Part shown: piece after piece, positions 39,852 to 48,866 of the stretch
Numbering within the stretch: the stretch's first letter is position 1
How the letters are laid out: every line of letters starts with the position of its first letter
Source of the DNA: an uncultured delta proteobacterium
GTDB lineage: Bacteria > Myxococcota_A > Polyangia > Polyangiales > Polyangiaceae
Reading direction: 5' to 3'
Length of the DNA: 64,000 bases
Assembly (NCBI GenBank): GCA_963850305.1
Contig: CAWKKR010000001.1
Span: forward strand, 608,001 to 672,000
Notes under the pieces: generated by a model
Databases searched by the model: none
The model's input: the letters and a program-made list of their open reading frames with translations, nothing else
What the model was told of the DNA's origin: nothing
Translations under genes and position numbers: made by a program

Positions 39852-40424
39852 ATGGAGGCTTCGCGGGTACTGACGGTTCCAGTCTCGAGAAACCTCACGA
39901 CCGTGCGACTGCGAACGAACCTCTTCTTCTGCGCTGCCGGCCTCTCGCTTGCGCCGGGATGCCACTCGCGTACCGATCGAACGAAAGCGCCGGATTCCGG
40001 TGGCACCGGCGGCACCCAGTTCGTCATCACGACGCTGCCCACGTGCCCGGACGCGAGCATCGACGCCGGAGCCCACGTCCCTCCCGCGCTGGACGGCGCA
40101 ACGTGCGTCCCGGGACGAACGGTCTCCTACACCGCAGACGTGGTGCCGATTTTCGCCCGGAACTGCGCCACGGGTGAGATTTGCCACCAGGGCGCATGGG
40201 ACGGGCCGAACGCCGCTGAATTTCTCGTGGGCATCCGGGCCTCCGAGTGCTGCGACGGGAGGGAGCTGGTCCAACCCGGTAATCCGGCCCGGAGCTACCT
40301 CATCGAAAAGCTGCGGGGGGTGGATCTTTGCACCGGAGTTCAAATGCCCGCTGGCGGAACTCTGCCAAGCGAGGACCTGGCGACGCTCGAAGACTGGATC
40401 TGCGAAGGTGCCCCGAACGAGTGA
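39852..40424 (+). CDS. Lipoprotein with cytochrome c-like (planctomycete-type) domain, atypical CX5CH
   Basis: Lipobox APGC, VVPIFARNCATGEICH, LVQPGNPARSYLIEKL, QMPAGG, LEDWICEGA. Start may be GTG 39903. Confidence 0.72.
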   Translation: MEASRVLTVPVSRNLTTVRLRTNLFFCAAGLSLAPGCHSRTDRTKAPDSGGTGGTQFVITTLPTCPDASIDAGAHVPPALDGATCVPGRTVSYTADVVPIFARNCATGEICHQGAWDGPNAAEFLVGIRASECCDGRELVQPGNPARSYLIEKLRGVDLCTGVQMPAGGTLPSEDLATLEDWICEGAPNE

Positions 40425-41359
40425 TTCGTTGCGACCTTCTTTTGAAGGTTCCGTACCGAAAAGACGAACGTTCTAGTCGTATGCCCGTCGTCCTTGCACA
40501 GCCCGCCCGCACCGACCGCGCTTGCGACATCGTCGTCGACCCGAGCACACCTGCCTCCCCCTGGCGAGACGCCGTCGAGCGCGCACGCGTCGAGCTCGCC
40601 AAGAACGGCGAAGCATGCCGCACCGCGCACCTGACGATCGACGGAGACGGTGCAACGCTGGAGTTCATGACCCGTGATGGACGGCTCGCGGTTCGCCCCG
40701 TAAGACAGCCTGACGAGCTCGTGCCGACTCTCGACGCATTGCTCGTGCCCTTGCCCGCGCCGGCGCCGACGCCGACCATCGCGGAAACGTCCCCGACGGA
40801 ATCTGACAAGCCAACTGGCCAGACTCCGCCGGACAACCCTTCGGCAAGCCTTCTCCTCAGCGCGCTGGCGGGTGGACGGGTGAGTGCGCCGGATGGATAC
40901 CTATCCTTCAACCTGGCGCTCGGCGCGTCGCTCATTCTGAAACACTGGGAGCTTGGCATCGTCGCCCAAGCAAACCCGGCGTACCGCCACCTCGACGATG
41001 ATGACCTGCCGAACGCGCGACTGAGCGATATCGGTGCGGGCATCATCGCGGGACGGCGGATCCCGCTGGGCGACGTCACCGTCATTGCCGGCGGCAGCTT
41101 GTCCGCCTCCATCCTGCACGAGAAGTGGAGCCCGGCCATCGGTGACCCGGCGGAACAAGAGGCCGAACGCGGCCAGGCCCTGGTTGGGGTCTTCGCGAGC
41201 GCAAGCTTTCCCGCGCACTGGAGTACCCGCTTCCGCACGACGCTTTCGGGCGACGTCGACGCGACGCACTTGGGGGGCGCCATCCCGACACCTGGCGACC
41301 CAGTCCTGCCCTGGTGCGGATTCACGCTCGCGATGGGCGTCGAGAGCGGGGCATTTTGA
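40421..41359 (+). CDS. Hypothetical protein: small N-domain + C-terminal beta-barrel-like region (ECF-module partner, copy 1)
   Basis: Clear paralog of 62471..63445 (LTIDGDGATLEFMTRDGR...ELVPTLDALLV vs LTVDGTTARLVFTTTDGR...ELWPTLEALLV). Ends in F. Overlaps the ECF start. Start uncertain. Confidence 0.7.
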   Translation: MIRCDLLLKVPYRKDERSSRMPVVLAQPARTDRACDIVVDPSTPASPWRDAVERARVELAKNGEACRTAHLTIDGDGATLEFMTRDGRLAVRPVRQPDELVPTLDALLVPLPAPAPTPTIAETSPTESDKPTGQTPPDNPSASLLLSALAGGRVSAPDGYLSFNLALGASLILKHWELGIVAQANPAYRHLDDDDLPNARLSDIGAGIIAGRRIPLGDVTVIAGGSLSASILHEKWSPAIGDPAEQEAERGQALVGVFASASFPAHWSTRFRTTLSGDVDATHLGGAIPTPGDPVLPWCGFTLAMGVESGAF

Positions 41360-41931
41360 AGACCCTCGCTCATCGAGCGGACCGTTCCACGGAAGATCCC
41401 GAGTTGCTCGGCCAGATCGGCAAGGGCGATCTCGAGAGTCTCGGCGCCTTGTTCGATCGGTATGCTGCGGACGTTCGCCGGTTCCTCCTGCGCCTCGGGA
41501 CCTCCAGGGCCGACGTGGACGACCTGGTTCAACTGACGTTCCTGGAGGTGTCTCGCGCCGCACGGAGCTTCGACGGACGCATCTCGGCGCGTCCCTGGCT
41601 GTTCGGAGTGGCGGCGACGATCGCGCGGCGTCATCGGCGTTCGCTCTCGAAGATGCTGGGCCGCCTTCCCGAGTTCGCGATGCTGTTCCGGTCACGCGAG
41701 CCCGAGACGCCCGCGGACTCGCTCTCGGGCAAGCAGGCCGAGGAGCGCGTCGCACGCGCACTCGCGGCCCTGTCCGAGAAGAAGCGCGAAGTCTTCGTGA
41801 TGGTGATCCTCGAGGGTGCGTCGGGCGAGGAAGCAGCGCTCTCGCTCGGCATCCCGGTGAACACGGTCTGGACGCGTTTGCATCACGCCCGCCGCGAGCT
41901 GCGCGAGCATCTCTTCGAGGAGGGATCGTGA
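41356..41931 (+). CDS. ECF RNA polymerase sigma-70 factor
   Basis: LGALFDRY, DVDDLVQLTFL, FDGRISARPWLFGVA, REVFVMVILEG...LGIPVNTVWTRLHHARREL. Confidence 0.92.
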   Translation: MKTLAHRADRSTEDPELLGQIGKGDLESLGALFDRYAADVRRFLLRLGTSRADVDDLVQLTFLEVSRAARSFDGRISARPWLFGVAATIARRHRRSLSKMLGRLPEFAMLFRSREPETPADSLSGKQAEERVARALAALSEKKREVFVMVILEGASGEEAALSLGIPVNTVWTRLHHARRELREHLFEEGS

Positions 41932-43130
41932 CGGAGTGCTCGCGCACCTGGGAAGCGTCCGCGCTCGAGGATGGACGGCTCGACGCGCAAAGCGTCGCCT
42001 CTTTCGAGCGTCACGTCCGGACGTGCTCGATCTGCACGCGCGAGGTGACGGAGCTCCGGCGGCTCCGCGAGCTGATGCTCCTCGCCGAACATCGTGCCTG
42101 GTCGCCGCTCGAACATCGACGGTTGCGCCAGCAGTTGCTGCGGGTCGCGAACGAGCACGCTGTTCGCCCGGCCCGAGCGGCGGGGCTGCGCTCCATGTTG
42201 CTCCTCGTAGGGGTGCTTGGTGTCGCGCCAATCACCGTCGTCGCGTTCAGGCATGCGTCGGTTCGGGCGACGATCTCGACGAGTCGAGGAGTCCCGGCCC
42301 CGCACTACGAACTGGACCCCGGAATCGAGGCCGCGTTTCACGTGTCGACCCTCGGCCCGGTACGTCGCATCGCGCTCCGCGAGGGCAGCCTGAAGATTCA
42401 CGTCGAACATTTGCTGCCGCAGCAGAGGTTCCTCGTCGATCTACCGGATGGTGAGCTGGAGGTCCGGGGCACGCGCTTCGTCGTGGAAGCGTCGGAGGGT
42501 CATACGAAGCACGTGCACGTGTTCGAAGGGCTCGTTGCACTCCGGTTGAACGGAGAGAGCGAGCGGCTCATCGCCTCGGGGCAGGACTGGGTCGAGCAGG
42601 CAACGACCTCGCCGGGCGACCACGGCTCGGGCCGAGGAGCGCCCGTCGCGAAGGCTCGAGCCATACCCGCTCCCAGTAACGTCGCGCCGCGGTCGACGCC
42701 AGGCGCGCGCGGAGTGTCGCCGATGGCGAGGAGGGTTGAACACTCGCTTTCGAGTTCGTCCTCTGCCCCGGGCGCGAAGTCCGGCGAAGACCACGACGTC
42801 GGGCCGGCTCCAGGTGCAAACGCCGAATCGATCGGTTCGCGAGACGCATCGGCCGCGTTCGTCGCGGGAATGAATGCGTTCTCGACGGGCGCCTATCGCG
42901 AGGCGGACGAACGGTTCGCAGAATTCGCCGCCAGGTTCGGCGGCGATCCTCACAGCGAAGATGCGGACTATCTGCGCGTCGTGATCGCGCTGCGGCGAGG
43001 CGACCACTCTACGGCCGTCGTACGCGCGCGTGACTACATGACGTTGTTTCCGCACGGCCTCCGGCGCACGGAACTCGAGCGGCTCCTCGGTGATGCGAAC
43101 CCTACTGGAGTGTCAGATGCATCGCCGTGA
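41928..43130 (+). CDS. Anti-sigma factor: zinc-finger (HxxxCxxC) + TM + FecR domain + C-terminal TPR
   Basis: FERHVRTCSIC, TM helix, FecR LREGSLKIHV...ELEVRGTRFVV...VFEGLV, TPR EDADYLRVVIAL...DYMTLFPHG. GTGA overlap with the ECF gene. Confidence 0.85.
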   Translation: MTECSRTWEASALEDGRLDAQSVASFERHVRTCSICTREVTELRRLRELMLLAEHRAWSPLEHRRLRQQLLRVANEHAVRPARAAGLRSMLLLVGVLGVAPITVVAFRHASVRATISTSRGVPAPHYELDPGIEAAFHVSTLGPVRRIALREGSLKIHVEHLLPQQRFLVDLPDGELEVRGTRFVVEASEGHTKHVHVFEGLVALRLNGESERLIASGQDWVEQATTSPGDHGSGRGAPVAKARAIPAPSNVAPRSTPGARGVSPMARRVEHSLSSSSSAPGAKSGEDHDVGPAPGANAESIGSRDASAAFVAGMNAFSTGAYREADERFAEFAARFGGDPHSEDADYLRVVIALRRGDHSTAVVRARDYMTLFPHGLRRTELERLLGDANPTGVSDASP

Positions 43131-43899
43131 AGTTCCCTGCATCGGGCGGCGTGACGTTGAGCGGCGAGGCGCTCTTGACGAACGTGACCGCGGTTTGAAT
43201 CGGAGCCGGGCCGAAGAACGGAAAGGCGTCGCTCTCCGCGAACGTGACGTTCACCGAGTAGTTCCCGTCGGGGACCGGATTGCCCGACAGGTCCGTGCAA
43301 TTCCAAGTTGCCGTGTGCGGGCCGTGGTTCGGCAGCGTTGCGCCCGTGACCGCGTCCACGACGTTACCGCCGGACGCCGTCTCCCACGCGGTCGCGTTGC
43401 CGATACGCGCAACGCCCCACTCCTGCAGAGTCTTCACGAACTTTCCGGAACCGTCGTCGATCCAGATCGCACCCACGTTCCGGGGCGCGTACGTGCCGTG
43501 CGCGGTGACCGTCGTCACCATGAACGTGAAGGTGCAGGTGCCGGAGTTCGTCCCGGGCGCGCCGCCCGATCCGGAGGCTCCACCCGCGGCAAAGGCGCCA
43601 CCAGCACTCGCGACGATCTGGCCGCCTGCGCCGTAAACGTAAGCCCCACCTGCGCCAACGGATTGACCGCCCGCACCGTTCGAACCCGCGGTGCCTCCGA
43701 AAAAGCCGCCGGTGCCTTGTTGCACGTACCCACCACCCGCGCCGTCCGGTTGTCCGCCCCCGTTGGGCGCGGAGAAATCGTAGTCAGCTCCTGCGACGTC
43801 CTGGCTCCGGGTCCACAGCGACGGATCGCTGCCGGAGACGGAGCCGCAGGCGAGCGCGCCGAGGCACGACAGTTGAACCCAGAGTCGTCGACGCTTCAT
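43102..43899 (-). CDS. DUF2271-domain lipoprotein with flavinylation motif
   Basis: Lipobox ALAC, YAPRNVGAIWIDD...FVKTLQEW, VDAVTGAT (DxxTGAT), WNCTDLSGNPVPDGNYSV. Confidence 0.8.
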   Translation of the reverse strand: MKRRRLWVQLSCLGALACGSVSGSDPSLWTRSQDVAGADYDFSAPNGGGQPDGAGGGYVQQGTGGFFGGTAGSNGAGGQSVGAGGAYVYGAGGQIVASAGGAFAAGGASGSGGAPGTNSGTCTFTFMVTTVTAHGTYAPRNVGAIWIDDGSGKFVKTLQEWGVARIGNATAWETASGGNVVDAVTGATLPNHGPHTATWNCTDLSGNPVPDGNYSVNVTFAESDAFPFFGPAPIQTAVTFVKSASPLNVTPPDAGNFTAMHLTLQ

Positions 43900-44097
43900 G
43901 GTGTCACTCACCCTGAGACATGTTGGCGCGCGATTCGCGCAAACACAACCGACAGCACCTCGATGAGATCATTCTGAGCGCAAATGAGAAATGAGTAATG
44001 AGTAATGCCATGCGCTCGAGGTGCGATCGAACGCCTGATTCCATGCGCGTCTGGTTACTGGAGCCGCGTGCTGCGTGTCGATGGAGGATCATCGCGA

Positions 44098-44316
44098 GTG
44101 AAATATTTCAGCGCGCTGTCTTGGACGGTCGGTCTCCTGGCCACGCTCGCGACTTGCGGCTGCGCGCACGTGGCCGCGTACGAGCGCGGGAAGCTGGCCC
44201 ATCCGACCATGGAACCCTCGGACGGGTCGAGCGTCGCGCGGGAACACGTCTACGCCATCCACGAAGGCGCGATGGGCGGAACGATCGGCGCCGCGAGCGG
44301 ATGTGGCTGCAATTGA
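44098..44316 (+). CDS. DUF4266-domain small lipoprotein
   Basis: GCAHVAAYERGKLAHPTM...HVYAIHEGAMGG...GCGCN. Confidence 0.88.
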   Translation: MKYFSALSWTVGLLATLATCGCAHVAAYERGKLAHPTMEPSDGSSVAREHVYAIHEGAMGGTIGAASGCGCN

Positions 44317-44337
44317 TTCGAATCCAGAGCTGCTAGC

Positions 44338-45594
44338 GTGCGCTTCCAAGGCAGAAACTGGGCGCTTCCGCTCGTGGTGATGGCGATACTTCCGCGCGGC
44401 ACGGCGCGCGCGGACGAGAACAATCCGCATACGCGCGACGCCCCTGCACAGGCAACGACGCCCGAGGCAGCTCCCACCTCGGCGGGAAGCGATCTGGTCG
44501 TGAAGGCGAAGAGCGAGGTGTCCGTCTACAACGACACGGACAACGTCCACGTCTTCACGCCGGCGGTAGAGGCGTCCGTAGAGAACCCGGTCACCGGGTG
44601 GACCGCAGCCGGCAGCTACCTCGTGGACGTCGTGTCTGCGGCGTCCGTCGACATCGTATCGACGGCGAGCGGGCATTGGACCGAGACGCGGCAGGCCGGA
44701 ACACTGAGCGCCGGCTACAAGCCCGGCGCCGTGGGAGTTACGTTGTCCGGAGCCACCTCACGCGAACCCGATTACCTCTCCTTCTCGGGGGGTGTCGCGC
44801 TCGGGCTCGAGCTCTCCGACAAGACGGTCAATCCCACGTTCGCGTATTCCTACACCCACGACACGGCGGGCCGAAGCGGCACCCCCTTCTCCGTTTTTTC
44901 GCAAGAGCTCGCGCGCCACACCTTTACGGGCGCGCTCGAGCTCATCCTGGACCCTTCGACGCTCGTAACGCTGTCCGCGGACGGCATCTTCGAGGTCGGG
45001 GATCAGACGAAGCCTTACCGCTTTCTGCCAATGTTCGCGCCGAGCGTTGCGGCGACGCTCGCGCCCGGCGCGTCGATCGCGGAGGTCAACCGCGTCAGAC
45101 TCCCGGGCCGCGTCGCCGAACACTTGCCGGGAACCCGCGATCGCTTCGCGCTTTCGGGACGCCTTGCGCAGCGCCTGTCGGGCTCCACCTTCATTCTATC
45201 CGAACGCCTTTACGCGGATGACTGGGGGCTCAAGGCAAGCTCGACCGATCTACGACTCGTCATCGACGCGAGCCGACGCGTATTCTTGTGGGCGCACCTC
45301 CGTGGACACGTGCAGTCGTCCGTGACGTTCTGGCGGCTTGCTTACGCCGCGGAGATCACCGGAGGAGGGCCGCTCACGTATCCGGAGTACCGAACGGGGG
45401 ATCGGGAAGAGAGTGCCCTTTCGTCAGGCACGGTGGGTGCAGGCGTGAGGTGGAACTTCGGGGCCGCTTCCCGGCCGGAAGCATGGGGCCTCGTGTTCCA
45501 GGCGGACCTCATGACGACCCTCTTCAACGATGCGCTGTTCATCGCGAACCGTGAGGCCTATCTCGGCGTTCTCCAGCTGGAGTCGGAGTTCTGA
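44338..45594 (+). CDS. DUF3570-domain outer-membrane beta-barrel
   Basis: YLVDVVSAASVDIVSTAS, SREPDYLS, RLYADDWG, terminal F. Directly after DUF4266. Confidence 0.85.
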   Translation: MRFQGRNWALPLVVMAILPRGTARADENNPHTRDAPAQATTPEAAPTSAGSDLVVKAKSEVSVYNDTDNVHVFTPAVEASVENPVTGWTAAGSYLVDVVSAASVDIVSTASGHWTETRQAGTLSAGYKPGAVGVTLSGATSREPDYLSFSGGVALGLELSDKTVNPTFAYSYTHDTAGRSGTPFSVFSQELARHTFTGALELILDPSTLVTLSADGIFEVGDQTKPYRFLPMFAPSVAATLAPGASIAEVNRVRLPGRVAEHLPGTRDRFALSGRLAQRLSGSTFILSERLYADDWGLKASSTDLRLVIDASRRVFLWAHLRGHVQSSVTFWRLAYAAEITGGGPLTYPEYRTGDREESALSSGTVGAGVRWNFGAASRPEAWGLVFQADLMTTLFNDALFIANREAYLGVLQLESEF

Positions 45595-46115
45595 TGCGCG
45601 CGGCCTTCCTCCTCCTCGCGGTCGCAGCGCTCGGCTGTTCCGACCCGGTGCAATCTCAGGAGAGAGAAGCGCTCGGCGGCGAAGTCCCCGGAGTTCCCAA
45701 GGGGCCGTTGCATCGCCCGGGTGAACCGTGCCTCGTGTGCCACGACGGAAGTGGTCCCGGGAACGTCGTGTTCTCGCTCGCAGGGACGGTGTACCAAAAT
45801 CAAGACTCGACCACGCCTTTGTCCGACGCGCTCGTGAAGTTCGTCGACTCCACCGGGCGCGAGTACTCCACCGCGAGCAACTGCGCCGGAAACTTCTTCG
45901 TCATGCGCGACGACTACGAGCCAACTTATCCCCTCTGGGTGAAGATACAGTTCGGCACCGCCGGCGCGGGTCCAGTCGAACAATCGATGGGGTCGCCCAT
46001 CTATCGGCAGGGTTCGTGCGCTTATTGCCACACGGCGGAGCCGGGCCCCGACTCCGCGGGTCCAGTGTACTTCGCACCGCCGGGCGTGCCGTTTCCGGAG
46101 CAGTGTGGGCGATGA
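45594..46115 (+). CDS. Di-heme c-type cytochrome lipoprotein (HRPGxxCxxCH family)
   Basis: Lipobox ALGC, CLVCH and CAYCH, LAGTVY, SNCAGNFF. Confidence 0.8.
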   Translation: MRAAFLLLAVAALGCSDPVQSQEREALGGEVPGVPKGPLHRPGEPCLVCHDGSGPGNVVFSLAGTVYQNQDSTTPLSDALVKFVDSTGREYSTASNCAGNFFVMRDDYEPTYPLWVKIQFGTAGAGPVEQSMGSPIYRQGSCAYCHTAEPGPDSAGPVYFAPPGVPFPEQCGR

Positions 46116-46639
46116 TACAACCGGTGCGTTACTCCTCCGTTCTCGCTTCGATCCTGGGCCTCGCGCTGACCGCGTGCGCTGGACCGTCCGGCGACCAGGT
46201 CTTCGTCGAGGACGCACCGACGACGATGAACTTCGACAGTGTCAGCGACGCGCTCGAGATGCATTGCGGCACGCTCGATTGCCACGGGAACACTTCCAGG
46301 AACTTCCGGATCTACGGGATCGACGGCTCCCGTCTGGCAGGATCGGATGTCCCGGGTGGGAACCCGACCACGAGCGCGGAGTACGCTGAAACCTATGAAT
46401 CGATCGTGTCGCTCCAGCCCGAGGTGCTGAGCGAGATAGTCGCGCAGGGTGGCGCACGCCCGGAGCGCTTCATCGTCATCACCAAGGGCCGCGGTACCGA
46501 ACACCACAAGGGCGGCGTCAGAATGAACCAGGGCGACGCGACGGACGTGTGCATCACGTCGTGGCTAACCGGAACGGTCAACACCGACGCCTGCACGAGC
46601 GCGACTGCGGTGAGTCCGCCGAGCGTCAACGGGTTTTGA
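46112..46639 (+). CDS. Lipoprotein with atypical CX4CH putative heme motif
   Basis: Lipobox LTAC, HCGTLDCHG, HKGG, CITSWL. ATGA overlap with the previous gene. Confidence 0.75.
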   Translation: MIQPVRYSSVLASILGLALTACAGPSGDQVFVEDAPTTMNFDSVSDALEMHCGTLDCHGNTSRNFRIYGIDGSRLAGSDVPGGNPTTSAEYAETYESIVSLQPEVLSEIVAQGGARPERFIVITKGRGTEHHKGGVRMNQGDATDVCITSWLTGTVNTDACTSATAVSPPSVNGF

Positions 46640-46644
46640 GCGAT

Positions 46645-47835
46645 ATGCGCGGACTGCCTTCGATTGCGTTCTGGGCTGCAGCGCTGGTCTGCACCTCGAC
46701 GGCCCACGCCGCGGGCAGGGACGAACGTGCCCTCGCCGCCGGCAGTCACGCGATGAACGATCTCTTCGCGTCGGCGAAATTCGATGCAGCGAAGGCCGAG
46801 CTCTCGCGGGCCGTTGCGGAGTGTCGAGGATGCGCGAATGGCACGCTCGCGAAGCTGCACGTCGACCTGGGCATCGTGGCATTTACGGCGTTTCAGGATT
46901 CCAAGAAAGGGACCTCCGAGTTCGCCATCGCGAAGAAGCTCGACCCGACCGTCACGCTGGACCCGGTGTTCACCACGCCGGATGTACAAGCGGCGTTCGA
47001 CGCCGCGGCGGGACACGGCAACTCCGTACAACCCGCGAACGTCGTCCTGGAAGACGAACCCGACGACTCCGAGGGGCCGGTCGCCAAGAAGCATGTCGCG
47101 CACGAGGAACCCGAACCCCCGCCCGAGGACGAACGCGCATCCACGAAACCGACGGTTCCCGCGCCGCGCCATTCGACGCCGAGGGTCTGGCTCACGCTCG
47201 GTCTGATCCAGGACGTCACGGTCGTCTCGGGGAGCAACGTGTGCGACGAGCAGAGTCAGGTCCACGGCAGCTTCGTTTGCCTGCGCGCCTCGGGGAGCCA
47301 GTACCACGGCACGCCGTTGGCCGGCGCCGCCGGCAATGCCAGCGGTGTCTCGTTCGCGACGACGCGCGTCGCCTTCGCTTCGTACTTCCCCTTGTGGAGC
47401 CAGGTGAGCGCAGGACTCCGCATCGCTTACGCCGTCGCGGGACAGGGTCCACGGGCGGACGGCGGTCCCCAGTTCATCCCGCTCCAGGTAGAAGCACAGG
47501 GGGCCTACTGGTTCTCCCATGACGCGTTTTCGAGCGAAGGTGTGGGGCCGTTCGCCGAACTCTCGGGTGGCGTGGCCGAGATCGACGGTAGCGCGAAGGT
47601 CACCGTCAAAGAGAACACCGCCGTGCCTCCGCCGCCGAATCAGCTCGACAATCCGCCCGTGCAATCGCTCGACGCTTACCGGAAGAGCGGCTCCGGTTTC
47701 GTGAGCGCGGGCATCGGCGCGTTCTTCCCATTCGCCGAAGCGGCAGGAGTCCTTGCCGACCTCCGCGCCAGCGCGTTGTTTCCCAGTCCGGGCTTTGCAA
47801 TGAGCCTCGGGCTCTCGGGCGCACTCGGACTTTAG
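46645..47835 (+). CDS. Hypothetical secreted protein: TPR-like N-domain + C-terminal beta-barrel-like domain
   Basis: Signal peptide AHA|A, helical LAKLHVDLGIV...KKLDP, Pro/Glu linker, amphipathic strands. Confidence 0.72.
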   Translation: MRGLPSIAFWAAALVCTSTAHAAGRDERALAAGSHAMNDLFASAKFDAAKAELSRAVAECRGCANGTLAKLHVDLGIVAFTAFQDSKKGTSEFAIAKKLDPTVTLDPVFTTPDVQAAFDAAAGHGNSVQPANVVLEDEPDDSEGPVAKKHVAHEEPEPPPEDERASTKPTVPAPRHSTPRVWLTLGLIQDVTVVSGSNVCDEQSQVHGSFVCLRASGSQYHGTPLAGAAGNASGVSFATTRVAFASYFPLWSQVSAGLRIAYAVAGQGPRADGGPQFIPLQVEAQGAYWFSHDAFSSEGVGPFAELSGGVAEIDGSAKVTVKENTAVPPPPNQLDNPPVQSLDAYRKSGSGFVSAGIGAFFPFAEAAGVLADLRASALFPSPGFAMSLGLSGALGL

Positions 47836-47838
47836 CCG

Positions 47839-48864
47839 TCAGCGTCCTTTTCCGAAGCTCCCGACCCCCACCCGCCTGCACCTCTCGCTCCCACCGACGC
47901 GCACGACGTCTCTGAGAAGACCGAGGTAGACGTAGTCCTCGAGGGTCTTCCAGACCACGCGCCCCCCGTCCACCGTTTCCGTGTAGACGTCGTCGCTTCC
48001 GCCACTGGGCGTCGCGTCGGACGACATGGGGGCGTCGAGCCCAGCGTCTCGGCTCGACGTGGTTCCGCCGTCTGACGAGTCCGCGTGCAGGGCCGCTCCT
48101 ACGTCGCCGAGCGGAACCTGTCCGAGCTCGGCCAGGGTGATCGCTCCGTCGCCGTTTCCGTACTCGTCGTCAGCGGCTGCGAAGGGGGCGAACCTCGGAA
48201 CCGCGATTGCCGGATCGAGCGTGTCGTAGAAGAGGGCTTCCCCGTGAACGTGGAGATCGAAAGTCGCAGCAGCACCCCCTCTCAGATCGAACTCGTCCGT
48301 CGCCGCGTCGCCCTCCAGTGGAGTGCACCCGTCGTAAGAGACGGGATCGCGGAACGCCCAGCTGAAGGTCTTCGTGACCCCGCCTTTCGTTGCCCGGCCC
48401 AGCGCGAAGACGCTGATGCCGCGATTCGTTCCGTAGGCATCGGAGCCAGGAGTGCCCATGAATGTCTTGTCGGCGTCCGAAACCCCCTCACCGAGAACCG
48501 AATCGGTCTCGGGACCTGCGACTCGGACGGTGAAGTAGCAAGGGCCGAGCGCGTAGAGGATGCTGAGCTTCTGCGCGCCACCGATTTGCATGTCGAGGAT
48601 ACGGCGGTAGTCGGCGTTGTAGTAGCTCGCGCAGGAATCCCCTTCCAGCGACGCTTCCCCGATGGACAGCAGGAACCGATCGTAGGAGACCATCCAGCCG
48701 TCGGCGGTGAGAAAGGGCGCCTTGCTTCCGAGGAGAGGTGCGTCGCCCGATACCGTCGCATAGACGCTTCCAGGGACGGGGCGCGTGTCTTTCGGCAAGC
48801 AGGACGCCATCGCGAGGCCACATGCGGAAACCCAGCACACGCACACCGAGGGTCGCGATCGCAT
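47839..48864 (-). CDS. Hypothetical lipoprotein co-transcribed with the TonB-dependent receptor
   Basis: Lipobox MASC, TADGWMVSYDRFLLSIG, GNGDGAITLAEL. 2-bp gap to the receptor. Confidence 0.75.
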   Translation of the reverse strand: MRSRPSVCVCWVSACGLAMASCLPKDTRPVPGSVYATVSGDAPLLGSKAPFLTADGWMVSYDRFLLSIGEASLEGDSCASYYNADYRRILDMQIGGAQKLSILYALGPCYFTVRVAGPETDSVLGEGVSDADKTFMGTPGSDAYGTNRGISVFALGRATKGGVTKTFSWAFRDPVSYDGCTPLEGDAATDEFDLRGGAAATFDLHVHGEALFYDTLDPAIAVPRFAPFAAADDEYGNGDGAITLAELGQVPLGDVGAALHADSSDGGTTSSRDAGLDAPMSSDATPSGGSDDVYTETVDGGRVVWKTLEDYVYLGLLRDVVRVGGSERCRRVGVGSFGKGR

Positions 48865-48866
48865 GA

